IMG/VR virus record: IMGVR_UViG_647533160_000006
Span: 1-41,987 of that record
Direction: 5' to 3' (one strand)
Source of the DNA: a virus
Taxonomy: Duplodnaviria; Heunggongvirae; Uroviricota; Caudoviricetes
Length of the DNA: 41,987 bases
The notes under the pieces were generated by a model. That model saw nothing but the letters and a program-made list of their open reading frames with translations. It did not search any database and was not told where the DNA came from. A program made the position numbers and the translations under genes. Of the stretch, positions 23,288 through 32,447 are shown piece after piece (the first letter of the stretch is position 1; each line of letters starts with the position of its first letter).

Positions 23288-24115
23288 GTCTTACCCCCAA
23301 TAAGGGGATTTGCTCTATTTAATTAGGAATAAGGTCGATTACTGATAGAACAAATCCAGGCTACTGTGTTTAGTAATCAGATTTGTTCGTGACCGATATG
23401 CACGGGCAAAACGGCATGAGGTTGTTAGCGCAGCCTCTTGCCACCCGCTTTCACGAAGGTCATGTATAGAAGGCCGCAGCGTAACTATCACTGATGAATT
23501 CAGGATAGCCAGTGGCTACGGCTCAGTTTGGGTTGTGCTGTTGCTGGGCGGCGATGACGCCTGTACGCATTTGGTGATCCGGTTCTGCTTCCGGCATTCG
23601 CTTAATTCAGCACAACGGAAAGAGCATTTATGGCTCGCATCGCGGGAAAAAGCCCACGGTAGAGAGTCGAACTCTACAAATACTCTTACCTGTTGTGCGC
23701 TACGTTTCGTGGAGCTAACGGCGACGCTAGTACCGGTCTATGCGTCGCACCCTTGAGGGATTTACTAAGGCAACATGCCCGTTGTTACCCACTCAATTGG
23801 ACCCTCCCCGTCGCCATCTGGGTCTAGTCAGGAATCGAACCTGCCGAGGGTACATTTGAATGGGTGCCCATTATTAATCACACCGGGCCAGTGCGCCGAA
23901 TTTGGTTGCGGGGAGTCGGAAGACCCCGTGATTTTGGTTTCTTAGGCCGCCATCAACATCAAATCATCGTTTGCATTTATCTTTGTGGTCAGTTTCTAAA
24001 AACCCGCAAAGTCGCCAACTCTGACGAAAACTATCGTTGTGCTGCCACAACGATAAGAGCACTCGGTGCATTTAAGCCAAGCCCCATAAGGGAGAATGCT
24101 CTTACCTGTTGTGCA

Positions 24116-24150
24116 AACGCAAAAAGCCCCGAGCTATTAACTCAGGGCTT
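24116..24150 (-). terminator. tR'-like intrinsic terminator of the pR' leader
   Basis: Minus-strand read AGCCCTGAG-TTAATAG-CTCGGGGCT followed by TTTTTGCGTTTG, about 30-60 nt downstream of pR'. Confidence 0.7.
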
Positions 24151-24184
24151 TATTTAACGAGTGCATTTATCCATCGTTGAGTCA

Positions 24185-24213
24185 AATTTACCCAACTTTA
24201 TTCAATAAGTCAA
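24185..24213 (-). promoter_or_regulatory. Late promoter pR' (with Q-utilisation region)
   Basis: Minus-strand read TTGACT-17 bp-TAAATT immediately downstream of Q, near-identical to the lambda pR' sequence as I recall it. Confidence 0.75.
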
Positions 24214-24255
24214 TATCATGTCGTTAATATGTTGCCATCCGTGGCAATCATGCCG

Positions 24256-24879
24256 CTAACGTGTGACCGCATTCAAAATGTTGTCTGCAATTGACTCTTC
24301 CTTGTGGCATTGCACCACCAGAGCGTCATACAGCGGCTTAACAGTGCGTGACCAGGTGGGTTGAGTAAGGTTTGGGATTAGCATCGTTACAGCGCGATAT
24401 GCGGCGCTTGCTGGCATCCTTGAATAGCCGACGCCTTTACATCTTCCGCACTCTTTCTCAACAACTCTCCCCCACTGCTCTGTTTTTGCTATATCAACCG
24501 CACGACCTGTACCGTGGCAATCTCTGCATCTTGCGCCCGGCGTCGCGGCACTACGGCAATAATCCGCATAAGCGAATGTTGCGAGTACTTGCAGTACCTT
24601 TGCCTTAGTATTTCCTTCAAGCTTTGCAACGCCACGGTATTTCCCCGATACCTTGTGTGCAAATTGCATCAGATAGTTGATAGCCTTTTGTTTGTCGTTC
24701 TGGCTGAGTTCATGCTTACCGCAGAATGCAGCCATTCCGAATCCTGCTTGTGATTGCGCCATCCCCATAGCAGCCATCACATCAGTACCGGAAAGAGAGT
24801 CAGAAGCCGTAGCCCGTGGTGAGTCGCTCATCATCGGGCTTTTTGGCGAATGAAATTTAGCTACGCTTTCGAGTCTCAT
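24256..24879 (-). CDS. Q: Late antiterminator Q
   Basis: 207-aa MRLESVAKFHSPKSPMMSDSPRATASDSLSGTDVMAAMGMAQ... matches recalled lambda Q. Confidence 0.9.
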   Translation of the reverse strand: MRLESVAKFHSPKSPMMSDSPRATASDSLSGTDVMAAMGMAQSQAGFGMAAFCGKHELSQNDKQKAINYLMQFAHKVSGKYRGVAKLEGNTKAKVLQVLATFAYADYCRSAATPGARCRDCHGTGRAVDIAKTEQWGRVVEKECGRCKGVGYSRMPASAAYRAVTMLIPNLTQPTWSRTVKPLYDALVVQCHKEESIADNILNAVTR

Positions 24880-25064
24880 GGCCTTCCCCTTTTGCCCTGT
24901 TTGACCATCAGGACGCCGTTAACTATTACGTGACGCTCGCCTTTGCTGTCTCGGTTGTACTTGAGCACTGTTCCTCTTGCGCAGGAAAGCATCCTCGCCA
25001 CTTCGGTCTGATTGCCTCGTGTCTGGATAAGAAGCTCTGGTATCGTTTGAATTGTGGCGTTCAT
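24876..25064 (-). CDS. ninH: NinH-like protein
   Basis: 62 aa with ...GNQTEVARMLSCARGTVLKY... resembling lambda NinH; directly upstream of Q. Confidence 0.7.
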   Translation of the reverse strand: MNATIQTIPELLIQTRGNQTEVARMLSCARGTVLKYNRDSKGERHVIVNGVLMVKQGKRGRP

Positions 25065-25423
25065 GCGTTCTCCAGTTCGGTGATTTTTATTCCAAGCCGT
25101 CCGCCTGGTACTTTCACACCACGAATTACGCGAATGTCATCGAATTGCTCGTCGTCTTCCGCAAATCCGGCGTGGATAAGGGAGTCGAGTAAACCCTTCA
25201 GGATGTTATCTAGGTCGCGGCGGCGGGAGTCTGGAACGTCTGCGATTACTTTGATGCGGAGTCGTGATTTGGTGAAAATATCTAACTTGAGTTGGTGGAT
25301 GATTTGCTGAACGTCTTTTCGGTATTTCTGGCCTTTATCGCTGATGTAGTATTGGCTTCCCCGTCTTCGCCAGTAGGTATTCACCGACGGCGGGTATGGA
25401 AGCACAAACTGATATTCGTTCAT
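25061..25423 (-). CDS. rusA: Holliday junction resolvase RusA
   Basis: 120 aa with motif DVPDSRRRDLDNILKGLLDSLIHAGF, matching the recalled RusA family. Confidence 0.85.
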   Translation of the reverse strand: MNEYQFVLPYPPSVNTYWRRRGSQYYISDKGQKYRKDVQQIIHQLKLDIFTKSRLRIKVIADVPDSRRRDLDNILKGLLDSLIHAGFAEDDEQFDDIRVIRGVKVPGGRLGIKITELENA

Positions 25424-25710
25424 GACTTAATCTTCCCCTCCTTCAGCAGTATCGCCTGCGTCCTGATCACGCCTTCGAGGTGGTAAAGTCTGGCGTCTTT
25501 GTTGTCGAGGTTATGGGTGCGTCGGTCGATTTCATCGTGACACGCGCTACAAGCCCATGCGCCGATCAGGTCGTCAGGCTTCATTCCCGTTCCGCAAATT
25601 CCAGCCATCCGGTAATGTGCCAGAACTGTAGTTTCAGGATTGCCATTGCATATGCCGTAAATACGTACCTGGCATTCTCTGCCGCGAGATTCTTTGCGTA
25701 GGTTAGCCAT
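25420..25710 (-). CDS. YbcO-like nin-region protein (DUF1364, Cys-cluster)
   Basis: 96 aa MANLRKESRGRECQVRIYGICNGNPETTVLAH...CSACHDEIDRRTH; resembles E. coli YbcO from memory. Confidence 0.6.
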   Translation of the reverse strand: MANLRKESRGRECQVRIYGICNGNPETTVLAHYRMAGICGTGMKPDDLIGAWACSACHDEIDRRTHNLDNKDARLYHLEGVIRTQAILLKEGKIKS

Positions 25711-26432
25711 TAAGCAGCCTCCCCTGTTACTTTCAGCATTCCGTTATCGAGCAGCTTTCTGGTCAGCCACTGTTGACCACGCCCGGTGATTTTTGTGGTG
25801 AACGATATCTGTATTCCGTGATTTGTGTTGACCGCTGTTTCTTTCACTGTGAAATAGCCGCGATCCATATATTCCTGCATTGGCACATTGCGCCGGGAAC
25901 CTGAAGCAATAAGGATTTTGTGATCGCGCATCCACGCAAACAGTTTGTTTGGACCAATACCAACAACCTTTGCAAAGTTTCCAATCAAAATTCCGCTGGC
26001 CTCGCCAACGCGATCGGCAAACTCAACTTTAGGTGCGGCAATTGCGAGCTGGTTTTCCAGTTGCATTTTCTGCTCAGCAAGATCAGCAGCAAGGCGCAAC
26101 GCTTCCGGTAGCGTTTTGGGGATATTAACCGCAGCTTCTTCAAGCTCTCGCCAGCGGTCAACAAGGCGAGCGGTAAACTCTGGCGACAACTGGGCAACAA
26201 CGACAATACTGTCTCGCTTACCTTGTTCGCCTTCGAAGACGTAATGCTCGTACTGAACATTGAACCCTAAGTTATTGATTCTTTCGGAAACCTCAATTTG
26301 AGGAAGCCGGATAACACCATTTTTAGCCAGCGTTTCGATGGTACGTTTCACATTGTCATGACGCTTACCCACCAACTCAGCGATTTCAATGCTTGTCATT
26401 TTGATGGCATTGCCATTTATTAACTCATTCAT
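25710..26432 (-). CDS. Rha/Roi-type phage regulatory protein (Ant-like C-terminal domain)
   Basis: 240 aa; N-terminus MNELINGNAIKMTSIEIAELVGKRHDNVKR typical of Rha/ORF6N DNA-binding domains; nin-region position. Confidence 0.6.
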   Translation of the reverse strand: MNELINGNAIKMTSIEIAELVGKRHDNVKRTIETLAKNGVIRLPQIEVSERINNLGFNVQYEHYVFEGEQGKRDSIVVVAQLSPEFTARLVDRWRELEEAAVNIPKTLPEALRLAADLAEQKMQLENQLAIAAPKVEFADRVGEASGILIGNFAKVVGIGPNKLFAWMRDHKILIASGSRRNVPMQEYMDRGYFTVKETAVNTNHGIQISFTTKITGRGQQWLTRKLLDNGMLKVTGEAA

Positions 26433-26601
26433 CGTCTTCTTCCTCGTACATTGAGCTATTCGGATCGCTCATCAGTTCTGCGCAGCAATCGGAGCACACG
26501 TGAACTTCCAGCACATGCAGCTTCTGACCGCAATTAGCGCACGTTAAAGCCCGCTCGACGCTTTCTTTCTGGTATTGAAGGGATTGGGATGGGCTAAGCA
26601 T
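26425..26601 (-). CDS. ninF: NinF-like small Cys-cluster protein
   Basis: 58-aa ORF (below track threshold) [47 protein letters not shown]... resembles lambda NinF; translationally coupled to neighbours. Confidence 0.55.
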   Translation of the reverse strand: MLSPSQSLQYQKESVERALTCANCGQKLHVLEVHVCSDCCAELMSDPNSSMYEEEDDE

Positions 26602-26983
26602 TATTGGCGTCCTGCATCATGAGAAAGACAATCATGGCGGCGCGGAGTGGGTTTTCATCTTGAGTCATATGATACGGGGTACTATCACTGCCAACTTTTC
26701 TATGCGCTGCCTTCCATAATCCATTTTCTGGCGCTGGAATAATGCCAATTCTGTTCTCTACGATAATCGGCTCTGCATCTTCAGGATTATTGCAGTAGTC
26801 GTACCATCGATAATTACCATTTGATTCATTGCCGACAGACCGTCCATCTGCGTTGTGCGGATAACCTAATGGTTTTGCCCCTACTATCGCTTTAAATACT
26901 CGCTTGTTAATTTCAAAATCACTTAACTGTGAATAATCCATTGTCATTTCCTCGCACGATGTCTTAGCCACCGGATATCCCAC
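26594..26983 (-). CDS. nin-region hypothetical protein
   Basis: 129-aa ORF (probable start at [17 protein letters not shown] near 26947) in the tightly packed operon between ninD-like and ninF-like genes. Confidence 0.55.
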   Translation of the reverse strand: MGYPVAKTSCEEMTMDYSQLSDFEINKRVFKAIVGAKPLGYPHNADGRSVGNESNGNYRWYDYCNNPEDAEPIIVENRIGIIPAPENGLWKAAHRKVGSDSTPYHMTQDENPLRAAMIVFLMMQDANNA

Positions 26984-27120
26984 AGGTGAGCCGTGTAGTT
27001 GAAGGTTTTTACGTCAGATTCTTTTGGGATTGGCTTGCGTTTATTTCTGGAGCGTTTCGTTGGAAGGTATTTGCAGTTTTCGCAGATGATGTCGGTGAAA
27101 CTTCGTCGCTGTCGCCTCAT
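26944..27120 (-). CDS. ninD: NinD-like small protein
   Basis: From [58 protein letters not shown]; resembles lambda NinD from memory; start overlaps ninB stop. Confidence 0.55.
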   Translation of the reverse strand: MRRQRRSFTDIICENCKYLPTKRSRNKRKPIPKESDVKTFNYTAHLWDIRWLRHRARK

Positions 27121-27557
27121 GCCGCCCTGTCTCCCCATCTTGCTTTCCACTCCAGAGCCAGTCGCGCTTCGTCTGACCACTTAACGCCACGTTCTGTACC
27201 GAATGCCTGTATAAGCTCTAATAGCTCCGCAAATTCGCTTACACGCATCCTGCTGGTTGACTGTCCTATTACCACAAAGCCATTCCCGGCAAGGTTAGGA
27301 ACAACGTCCTGCTGCTTTAATGCTGCGGTAAACACACACTTCCAGCTTTCTGCATCCAGCCAGCGACCATGCCATTCAACCTGACGAGAGACGTCACCTA
27401 AGCAGGCCCATAGCTTCCTGTTCTGGTCTAAGCTGCGGTTGCGTTCCTGAATGGTTACTACGATTGGTTTGGTTGGGTCTGGAAGAATTTGCTGTACTGC
27501 GTGAATAGCGTTTTGCTGATGTGCTGGAGATCGAATTTCAAAGGTTAGTTTTTTCAT
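27117..27557 (-). CDS. ninB: NinB (Orf recombination mediator)
   Basis: From [50 protein letters not shown], matching recalled lambda NinB. Confidence 0.85.
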   Translation of the reverse strand: MKKLTFEIRSPAHQQNAIHAVQQILPDPTKPIVVTIQERNRSLDQNRKLWACLGDVSRQVEWHGRWLDAESWKCVFTAALKQQDVVPNLAGNGFVVIGQSTSRMRVSEFAELLELIQAFGTERGVKWSDEARLALEWKARWGDRAA

Positions 27558-27571
27558 GACTTCCCTCTCCC

Positions 27572-27605
27572 CCAAATAAAAAGGCCTGCGATTACCAGCA
27601 GGCCT
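27572..27605 (-). terminator. tR2-like intrinsic terminator between replication genes and nin region
   Basis: Minus-strand read AGGCCTGC-TGGTAATC-GCAGGCCT followed by TTTTTATTTGG, right after the primase-helicase stop. Confidence 0.65.
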
Positions 27606-27634
27606 GTTATTAGCTCAGTGATGTAGATGGTCAT

Positions 27635-29515
27635 TTAATACTCCGTCACGTTTTCCTGTCGCCACGCCTCGTCATATTCCGATTTCGGCATATTGGCGAT
27701 GTAGCTATATGGCGATCCTGATTCAAGTTGCAGGAACTGGTGCGATTGCTCGTCAAGGAACAACGGGACACCACCTTCCCAACCTTCGCCGTTACGTTGT
27801 TTTTCAAGCATCAAAACAGATGCCGGAGACGCCAGTAGCTGTTCGTCCTTCTCTGACATCTTTTCACCACTCTGAACTCTCTGTAACGCTCTCTCGCGAG
27901 CCTTGTTACGCCAGATGATGAAAAGGTTGTCTGTCAGGTCTGTTATCGCTCCAGAGCCTTTTACGTCCATTTTCCCGGTTGGTTTTTCTTCGCTGTCTCC
28001 TTTTCGCGAGTGAGTAACGAGAATGACGTGGGAGTTTGTTTTGTTTTTGAAGTCGCAAATCGAGTCAACAAACGCCTTCTGCCCGTTATAGTCATCGTCG
28101 CCTATGCCACATTTCATCAGGCTGTCGATGATGAATAACTGGATCCCGTATCGGCGGCGAGCGTAGTCGAATATTTCGATCAGCCTGTCGGCTTTCGCCG
28201 TTCCGGTCAGGCCAAACACCCAAAGTCTTTCGTCATAAAATTTAAATGCAGAGTCAATTTCCAGCACTGGCGGAATCTTGCAGCACGTCGCCTGACGGGT
28301 AAGGCGCTTAAGGAGAATACCAGGCTTCAGCTCAAGTGACGCGATGCACGTCTTCACACCCTGACGCATTGCCTCAAGTGCCATATGCCCGACAACCTCC
28401 GTTTTTCCGTGACCGTTCACACCATTGACCAGCGTCAACTCTGCCTCACGGAACTGGAATTTATCTGCCAGAGATTCCCACGGTGGATTAAACAGATACT
28501 GCTGCTTGCCGTAGAAAGCATTGATAGTGTCCTGGTAAAACTCTCGCGCACTGTAGAGTTCTTCAGGATCGAAGTAGGATGCCGTGCCGATGTACTGCCA
28601 GATTTCATCCTCGGTAACACCGTTCATCAGGCATTCGTTGATGTCTTTGTACGGCAGAGTAACAAGACGGCAACGATGTTCACCGAGTCGGCTTGCGATT
28701 TCCCTTGCGGCTTCACGACCAACATCATCAACGTCCATCGAGATGAATATTTCCTCAAACCTGTCGAGATTGTGATACTCAAACTCAATCCACTGCTGCT
28801 TAGCGCCTTTCCCGCCACCAAACGGCACGGATAACGCCGAGATGCCGTATTGCGCATAGCTCATACAATCAATTTCGCCTTCGCAAAGTACAACCGCCCT
28901 CACGCCAGCGTCCAGAGCCTGCCATCCGAACAGACAAGGTTCGCAATCACCTTCTGCCATAATGACTTTCTTCCCGTCCGGGCGCTCAGTGCTGATTCGC
29001 TTGACCTGCAACAACTCACCATCGCGTTTGTACGGAAGCACCAGTGCATCAAGTTCTCGTTCTCCATTCCACACCTTGCCGCTGACAACCTCGTAGCGCT
29101 TTACGACTTCTGGCGATATGCCACGCGATTGCAAGTACTCAAGATGGGATTCTGTTCTGGTAACGTAGCGGGCGATTTTCTTGCGATCAGGTCTGGAGAA
29201 TTTCTTCTCACGTTTGGCATCGAAATGGTGATCGTCATCCTTGATACCGAGAAATGCTTTCGCTTCCTGCATAGCCTGATGCAGGTTAATTCCACGACAT
29301 GCCATCCACAAATCAAGCATGTCACCGCCGTCTCCCTCAGCGAAATCAGCCCATTTTTTCTTGCCGCTAAGGTTGACCTTAAGGCTGTTTCCCTTGTCGC
29401 CGTTGACGTTACCGGCAACCCACTCATGCCCCTCTTTCTTGCCGTTTGGCAACAGGTGCGGAGCCACCCTGTCAACCTGCGCCCAAAGCAGGTCGCTGAG
29501 TTCACTTGGCGTCAT
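27635..29515 (-). CDS. Replicative primase-helicase (Toprim + DnaB/P-loop helicase domains)
   Basis: 626 aa; Toprim-like segment (VVLCEGEIDCMSYAQYGISALSVPFGGG) and Walker A (VNGVNGHGKT); occupies the lambda P position. Confidence 0.75.
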   Translation of the reverse strand: MTPSELSDLLWAQVDRVAPHLLPNGKKEGHEWVAGNVNGDKGNSLKVNLSGKKKWADFAEGDGGDMLDLWMACRGINLHQAMQEAKAFLGIKDDDHHFDAKREKKFSRPDRKKIARYVTRTESHLEYLQSRGISPEVVKRYEVVSGKVWNGERELDALVLPYKRDGELLQVKRISTERPDGKKVIMAEGDCEPCLFGWQALDAGVRAVVLCEGEIDCMSYAQYGISALSVPFGGGKGAKQQWIEFEYHNLDRFEEIFISMDVDDVGREAAREIASRLGEHRCRLVTLPYKDINECLMNGVTEDEIWQYIGTASYFDPEELYSAREFYQDTINAFYGKQQYLFNPPWESLADKFQFREAELTLVNGVNGHGKTEVVGHMALEAMRQGVKTCIASLELKPGILLKRLTRQATCCKIPPVLEIDSAFKFYDERLWVFGLTGTAKADRLIEIFDYARRRYGIQLFIIDSLMKCGIGDDDYNGQKAFVDSICDFKNKTNSHVILVTHSRKGDSEEKPTGKMDVKGSGAITDLTDNLFIIWRNKARERALQRVQSGEKMSEKDEQLLASPASVLMLEKQRNGEGWEGGVPLFLDEQSHQFLQLESGSPYSYIANMPKSEYDEAWRQENVTEY

Positions 29516-29622
29516 GATTCCCTCAGATTGAGATTTTTAAACCAGAAATCGACAAACGAAATACTTAACCAACCGTGGTTATAACCAGCGACCAGTAGCG
29601 ATTTGATTTTTGATTTCATGGT

Positions 29623-30483
29623 TCACCTGTCGAAAAACACGTAGCCAGTTTTCGATACGGTGATTGCGGATGATGGTTTGGATTGTGGTTGAATAGTTTC
29701 TGGCTTCTCGTCGTTCCAGCGTTGACCGTTCAGGTAGCTCGATGGTAACAACCTGTCGAATCCGAACTGCTTACCATTCCTGCATGCGATGTCTTCTGCC
29801 AGCATCGTGGCAAACTCTCTTGCCGTACCCTTGGTAGTTTTACGCCATTCCCTGAACTGTGTTCTGAATGCCGAAGCTGCGTTTTTCTTCCCGGCTTTCC
29901 GCATGCCTGCACACCAGAATATTTCCTCGAATGCCTTGTCGGTTTCTTCGTGACGGTCATGTGATTTTTCACACTCCGTCCGAACACTTTCGGACATAGT
30001 GTTTTTATTATTTCTTTTTTCTTTTGTAATAGTTTCTTTTGTGTGTCCCTGTTTTGGTGACAGCGCTGTCACCGTTTTGGTGACACTTTTTGTCACCAAT
30101 GCAGTGACATTATCACCAGAGTAGTGACACCCTTCTATTTGCCATTCCTCGATGTTCTTGTTAGGCCCGATTTGCTGGCCTTCGCGAAGGATAACCTTCA
30201 TCGCGATAAGCTCATTCTTGGCCTTGTTTACCTTCTGTCTTGGCAGCCTGGTAATTTGAGCTAACTGACTATCAGAGATGCGATCCATCTTTTTACCGTA
30301 GCCGTATGTTTTACGGCATATGGCGTGGGCAACCTTGCTCTGATTTTTAGTTAAATCTGCGCCGATAAGCTCTTCATACAGGGCATTTGCAAGACGGGTA
30401 TAACCATCTTCAACTTCTGCCACACGACGCTCCACAGGCCGTTGTGAAGGCCTTAAATGTGTTACGGTTGCAAGATTACTCAT
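29623..30483 (-). CDS. O: Replication initiator, lambda O-like
   Basis: N-terminal region ...[56 protein letters not shown] resembles lambda O; iterons lie inside the gene. Confidence 0.8.
   Translation of the reverse strand: MSNLATVTHLRPSQRPVERRVAEVEDGYTRLANALYEELIGADLTKNQSKVAHAICRKTYGYGKKMDRISDSQLAQITRLPRQKVNKAKNELIAMKVILREGQQIGPNKNIEEWQIEGCHYSGDNVTALVTKSVTKTVTALSPKQGHTKETITKEKRNNKNTMSESVRTECEKSHDRHEETDKAFEEIFWCAGMRKAGKKNAASAFRTQFREWRKTTKGTAREFATMLAEDIACRNGKQFGFDRLLPSSYLNGQRWNDEKPETIQPQSKPSSAITVSKTGYVFFDR
30050..30135. repeat. Replication origin iterons (about 4 GGTGACA/TGTCACC dyad repeats) with adjacent AT-rich tract
   Basis: GTTTTGGTGACAGCGCTGTCACC, GTTTTGGTGACACTTTTTGTCACC, CAGTGACATTATCACC, AGTAGTGACACC in series inside the O-like gene; AT-rich tract at ~30000-30045. 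Confidence 0.7.
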
Positions 30484-30622
30484 GACCTTTCTCCTTCTGC
30501 ATCAGCTTCACTTTTTCCAACTCAGCCCGGAATCGACCAGGCTGCTTGAAGCTGGACAGGAAGCGATCACGTAGTATGTGTTTGTGAATTTTGTCCTGGT
30601 AAGGACTGAGTTGTTTTGTCAT
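30476..30622 (-). CDS. Small hypothetical protein (48 aa) between cII and O
   Basis: ATG 5 nt after AGGAG; [48 protein letters not shown]; stop overlaps O start. Confidence 0.4.
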   Translation of the reverse strand: MTKQLSPYQDKIHKHILRDRFLSSFKQPGRFRAELEKVKLMQKEKGHE

Positions 30623-30656
30623 AATTACTCCTGTGGATTGATCCAGTCTTTCTACA

Positions 30657-30935
30657 TCAGGCCTCGAAGAATTCGCCGTTCTTCGGGGCTTTTTCTTTTG
30701 TCAGCATTCTGGCTACTTGCTTAGCCAGTTCCGCCAACTCCTCGTCTTCAACACCCCATTCAAGAACAGCCAGAAGCATTCCCATTTTTGGGATGAAGCT
30801 ATCTTTCCATCGCGAAATTTGCGATTCATTAATCCCTAACGCGTCGGCAACCTTTCGCTGACCACGTACAGCAATTCGATTCAGGATGTTGCTTGTAATT
30901 GCATTCGCTTTCTTGCGAGTACTTGTAAGTTCCAT
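30657..30935 (-). CDS. cII: CII-like transcriptional activator
   Basis: From [62 protein letters not shown], resembling lambda CII; AAGGAAA RBS; the track ORF is extended upstream. Confidence 0.8.
   Translation of the reverse strand: MELTSTRKKANAITSNILNRIAVRGQRKVADALGINESQISRWKDSFIPKMGMLLAVLEWGVEDEELAELAKQVARMLTKEKAPKNGEFFEA
30661..30700 (+). terminator. Plus-strand intrinsic terminator antisense to cII 3' end (OOP-like)
   Basis: GCCTCGAAGAA-TTCGCCGT-TCTTCGGGGC followed by TTTTTCTTTTG on the strand opposite cII. Confidence 0.6.
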
Positions 30936-30992
30936 ATGTAAGTATTTCCTTAACAAATAAGAAGTTATGCGCATCAACTTATGCGCGTTGTA

Positions 30993-31037
30993 TTCCCGCA
31001 TTTCGGCGGGAATGATGACCATGACTGTTAAAGAGCG
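30993..31037 (-). promoter_or_regulatory. nutR (boxA + boxB)
   Basis: Minus-strand read CGCTCTTTAACAG (boxA) then hairpin TCCCGC-CGAAAT-GCGGGA (boxB) between cro and cII; boxB is identical to the nutL copy. Confidence 0.75.
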
Positions 31038-31043
31038 GTGTTA

Positions 31044-31238
31044 CTATTTGTTTTTCTTGTTGCTTGGGAAAGGACGAACTTCCTCTCCAATCACACTGCC
31101 ATCAGGCTTTACCGTAACCATGATGTTACGGCCTGCCAGAATGGCCTTGCTGATAGCGCACTGGATTACACCAAAGTCACTGGCTGCTTTAGCCTGTCCA
31201 TGGATTTTGGCGTAATCGGCAAGTGTCATTCGAATCAT
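31044..31238 (-). CDS. cro: Cro-like repressor
   Basis: C-terminal part [40 protein letters not shown] parallels lambda Cro; GGAGA RBS; divergent from cI. Confidence 0.8.
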   Translation of the reverse strand: MIRMTLADYAKIHGQAKAASDFGVIQCAISKAILAGRNIMVTVKPDGSVIGEEVRPFPSNKKNK

Positions 31239-31268
31239 ATGCACTCTCCGTTATTAACCATGAACAAA

Positions 31269-31333
31269 GAATACTACAGGTATTCAAAGCAATCAATACT
31301 CAGGGTATTTTTAGTTTAAGTACCTTAGCTATT
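31269..31333. promoter_or_regulatory. OR operator cluster with pR/pRM
   Basis: GAATAC-N5-GTATTC at 31269-31285, AATAC-N5-GTATT at 31294-31310, weaker AGTAC-N5-CTATT at 31318-31333, ~25 bp apart; TAGAAT -10 six nt before the cI ATG. Confidence 0.7.
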
Positions 31334-31344
31334 AGAATTAAGCT

Positions 31345-32061
31345 ATGGAAAATAAAAAATCACTGACGACAGAACAGCTCGAAGACGCTAAGCGGCTTAA
31401 GGCTTTGTATGAGTCAAAAAAGAAAGAATTGGGAATAACCCAATACTCAATCGCTGATGAACTGGGTATCACCCAAGGAGCGGTAGGGCATTATCTTAAT
31501 GGCAGAAACGCGCTAAACGTTGAGGTTGCATCTGGTTTTGCACGATTGTTGCAAGTCTCAATTGCTGATTTTAGCCAGTCAATTGCTGCCAAGGTTGCAG
31601 AACAGGCAGAAAGCCTTAAGAGCGATGCCAACGTAAGGTATGCAGGGGAATACAGAGCAGGAAAGAGGTATCCGGTGTTAAGCAGTATCCAGGCTGGCTC
31701 GTGGTGTGAAGCATGCGAACCATACACCATTAAAGACATAGATGTTTGGCTTGAGTCTGACGCGCATATTCAAGGTAATGCGTTTTGGCTTAAAGTGGAA
31801 GGTGATTCAATGACGGCACCGGTTGGGTTAAGCATTCCAGAGGGAACATTCGTTCTTTTCGATACCGGAAGGGAGGCGATCAACGGCAGCTTGGTCATAG
31901 CAAAACTTTCTGACTCTAACGAAGCAACATTCAAGAAGCTGATAATCGACGGAGGAAATAAATACCTCAAGGGACTTAACCCTGCATGGCCTCTCGTGCC
32001 AATCAATGGAAACTGCAAGATTATAGGCGTTGCAATTGAGACAAAACTAAGGCTGGTTTGA
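31345..32061 (+). CDS. cI: CI-like prophage repressor (HTH + LexA-type S24 peptidase domain)
   Basis: 238 aa; N-terminus LTTEQLEDAKRLKALYESKKKELGITQYSIADELG parallels lambda CI; C-terminal ...VEGDSMTAP...FKKLI... autocleavage-domain pattern. Confidence 0.85.
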   Translation: MENKKSLTTEQLEDAKRLKALYESKKKELGITQYSIADELGITQGAVGHYLNGRNALNVEVASGFARLLQVSIADFSQSIAAKVAEQAESLKSDANVRYAGEYRAGKRYPVLSSIQAGSWCEACEPYTIKDIDVWLESDAHIQGNAFWLKVEGDSMTAPVGLSIPEGTFVLFDTGREAINGSLVIAKLSDSNEATFKKLIIDGGNKYLKGLNPAWPLVPINGNCKIIGVAIETKLRLV

Positions 32062-32078
32062 TCACGCAAGGGGCGCTT

Positions 32079-32447
32079 ATGGTTGGAACCGCTATAGCAA
32101 GCTTTTTTGGGATGTTGGCAATCTCGACAATTTACGGCTTAGCGCATGCTTTTATTGCGAAATCTCTATCAGAAAAAATAAGCCAGGCTTGGGCGCATAG
32201 GTCAGCTCGTTTCATGATTCTGGTGATCATAGCAATACAAGGGATATCTGCATTTATCCTCTATGGATCAAGCTTATACCTATTGTATCAAGGCGCGACA
32301 TTTACGCCTTACACCAGTGATTACGGAACTCTATACGATGGTAGTGAAGACATCTCTATGGCTTGGATTGTCTTTGGTTTATCTATGGCCGTGTCTGTTG
32401 TAGCAGATATCATTAAGGTAATTCTCGTCTTAACCTTCGCTGACTAA
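32079..32447 (+). CDS. Small multi-TM membrane protein co-transcribed with cI (rex slot)
   Basis: ATG 6 nt after AAGGGG; ~122 aa with four hydrophobic segments; overlaps/abuts cI stop; no similarity to RexA/RexB that I can see. Confidence 0.6.
   Translation: MVGTAIASFFGMLAISTIYGLAHAFIAKSLSEKISQAWAHRSARFMILVIIAIQGISAFILYGSSLYLLYQGATFTPYTSDYGTLYDGSEDISMAWIVFGLSMAVSVVADIIKVILVLTFAD

Noticed and set aside
23825-23850. A complete phage-encoded tRNA in the late-region insertion.
   Set aside because: Only the T-arm (GCAGGTTCGATTCCTG) is recognisable; the 3' side lacks a pairable acceptor stem and CCA in register, and no matching 5' acceptor strand lies ~70 nt upstream. Kept as a fragment; needs tRNAscan-SE.
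23535-24157. Plus-strand ORFs 23535-23756 (73 aa) and 23864-24157 (97 aa) in the Q-S interval.
   Set aside because: They run antisense to late transcription across the pR'/tR' and tRNA-like region, lack RBSs, and overlap sequence that aligns with non-coding lambda DNA from memory.
27560-27634. 25-aa hydrophobic peptide ORF ([26 protein letters not shown]) between the primase-helicase and ninB.
   Set aside because: It coincides exactly with the stem-loop and U-tract of the tR2-like terminator, so the hydrophobic reading is most likely a by-product of the hairpin; a toxin-like micro-protein is not excluded.
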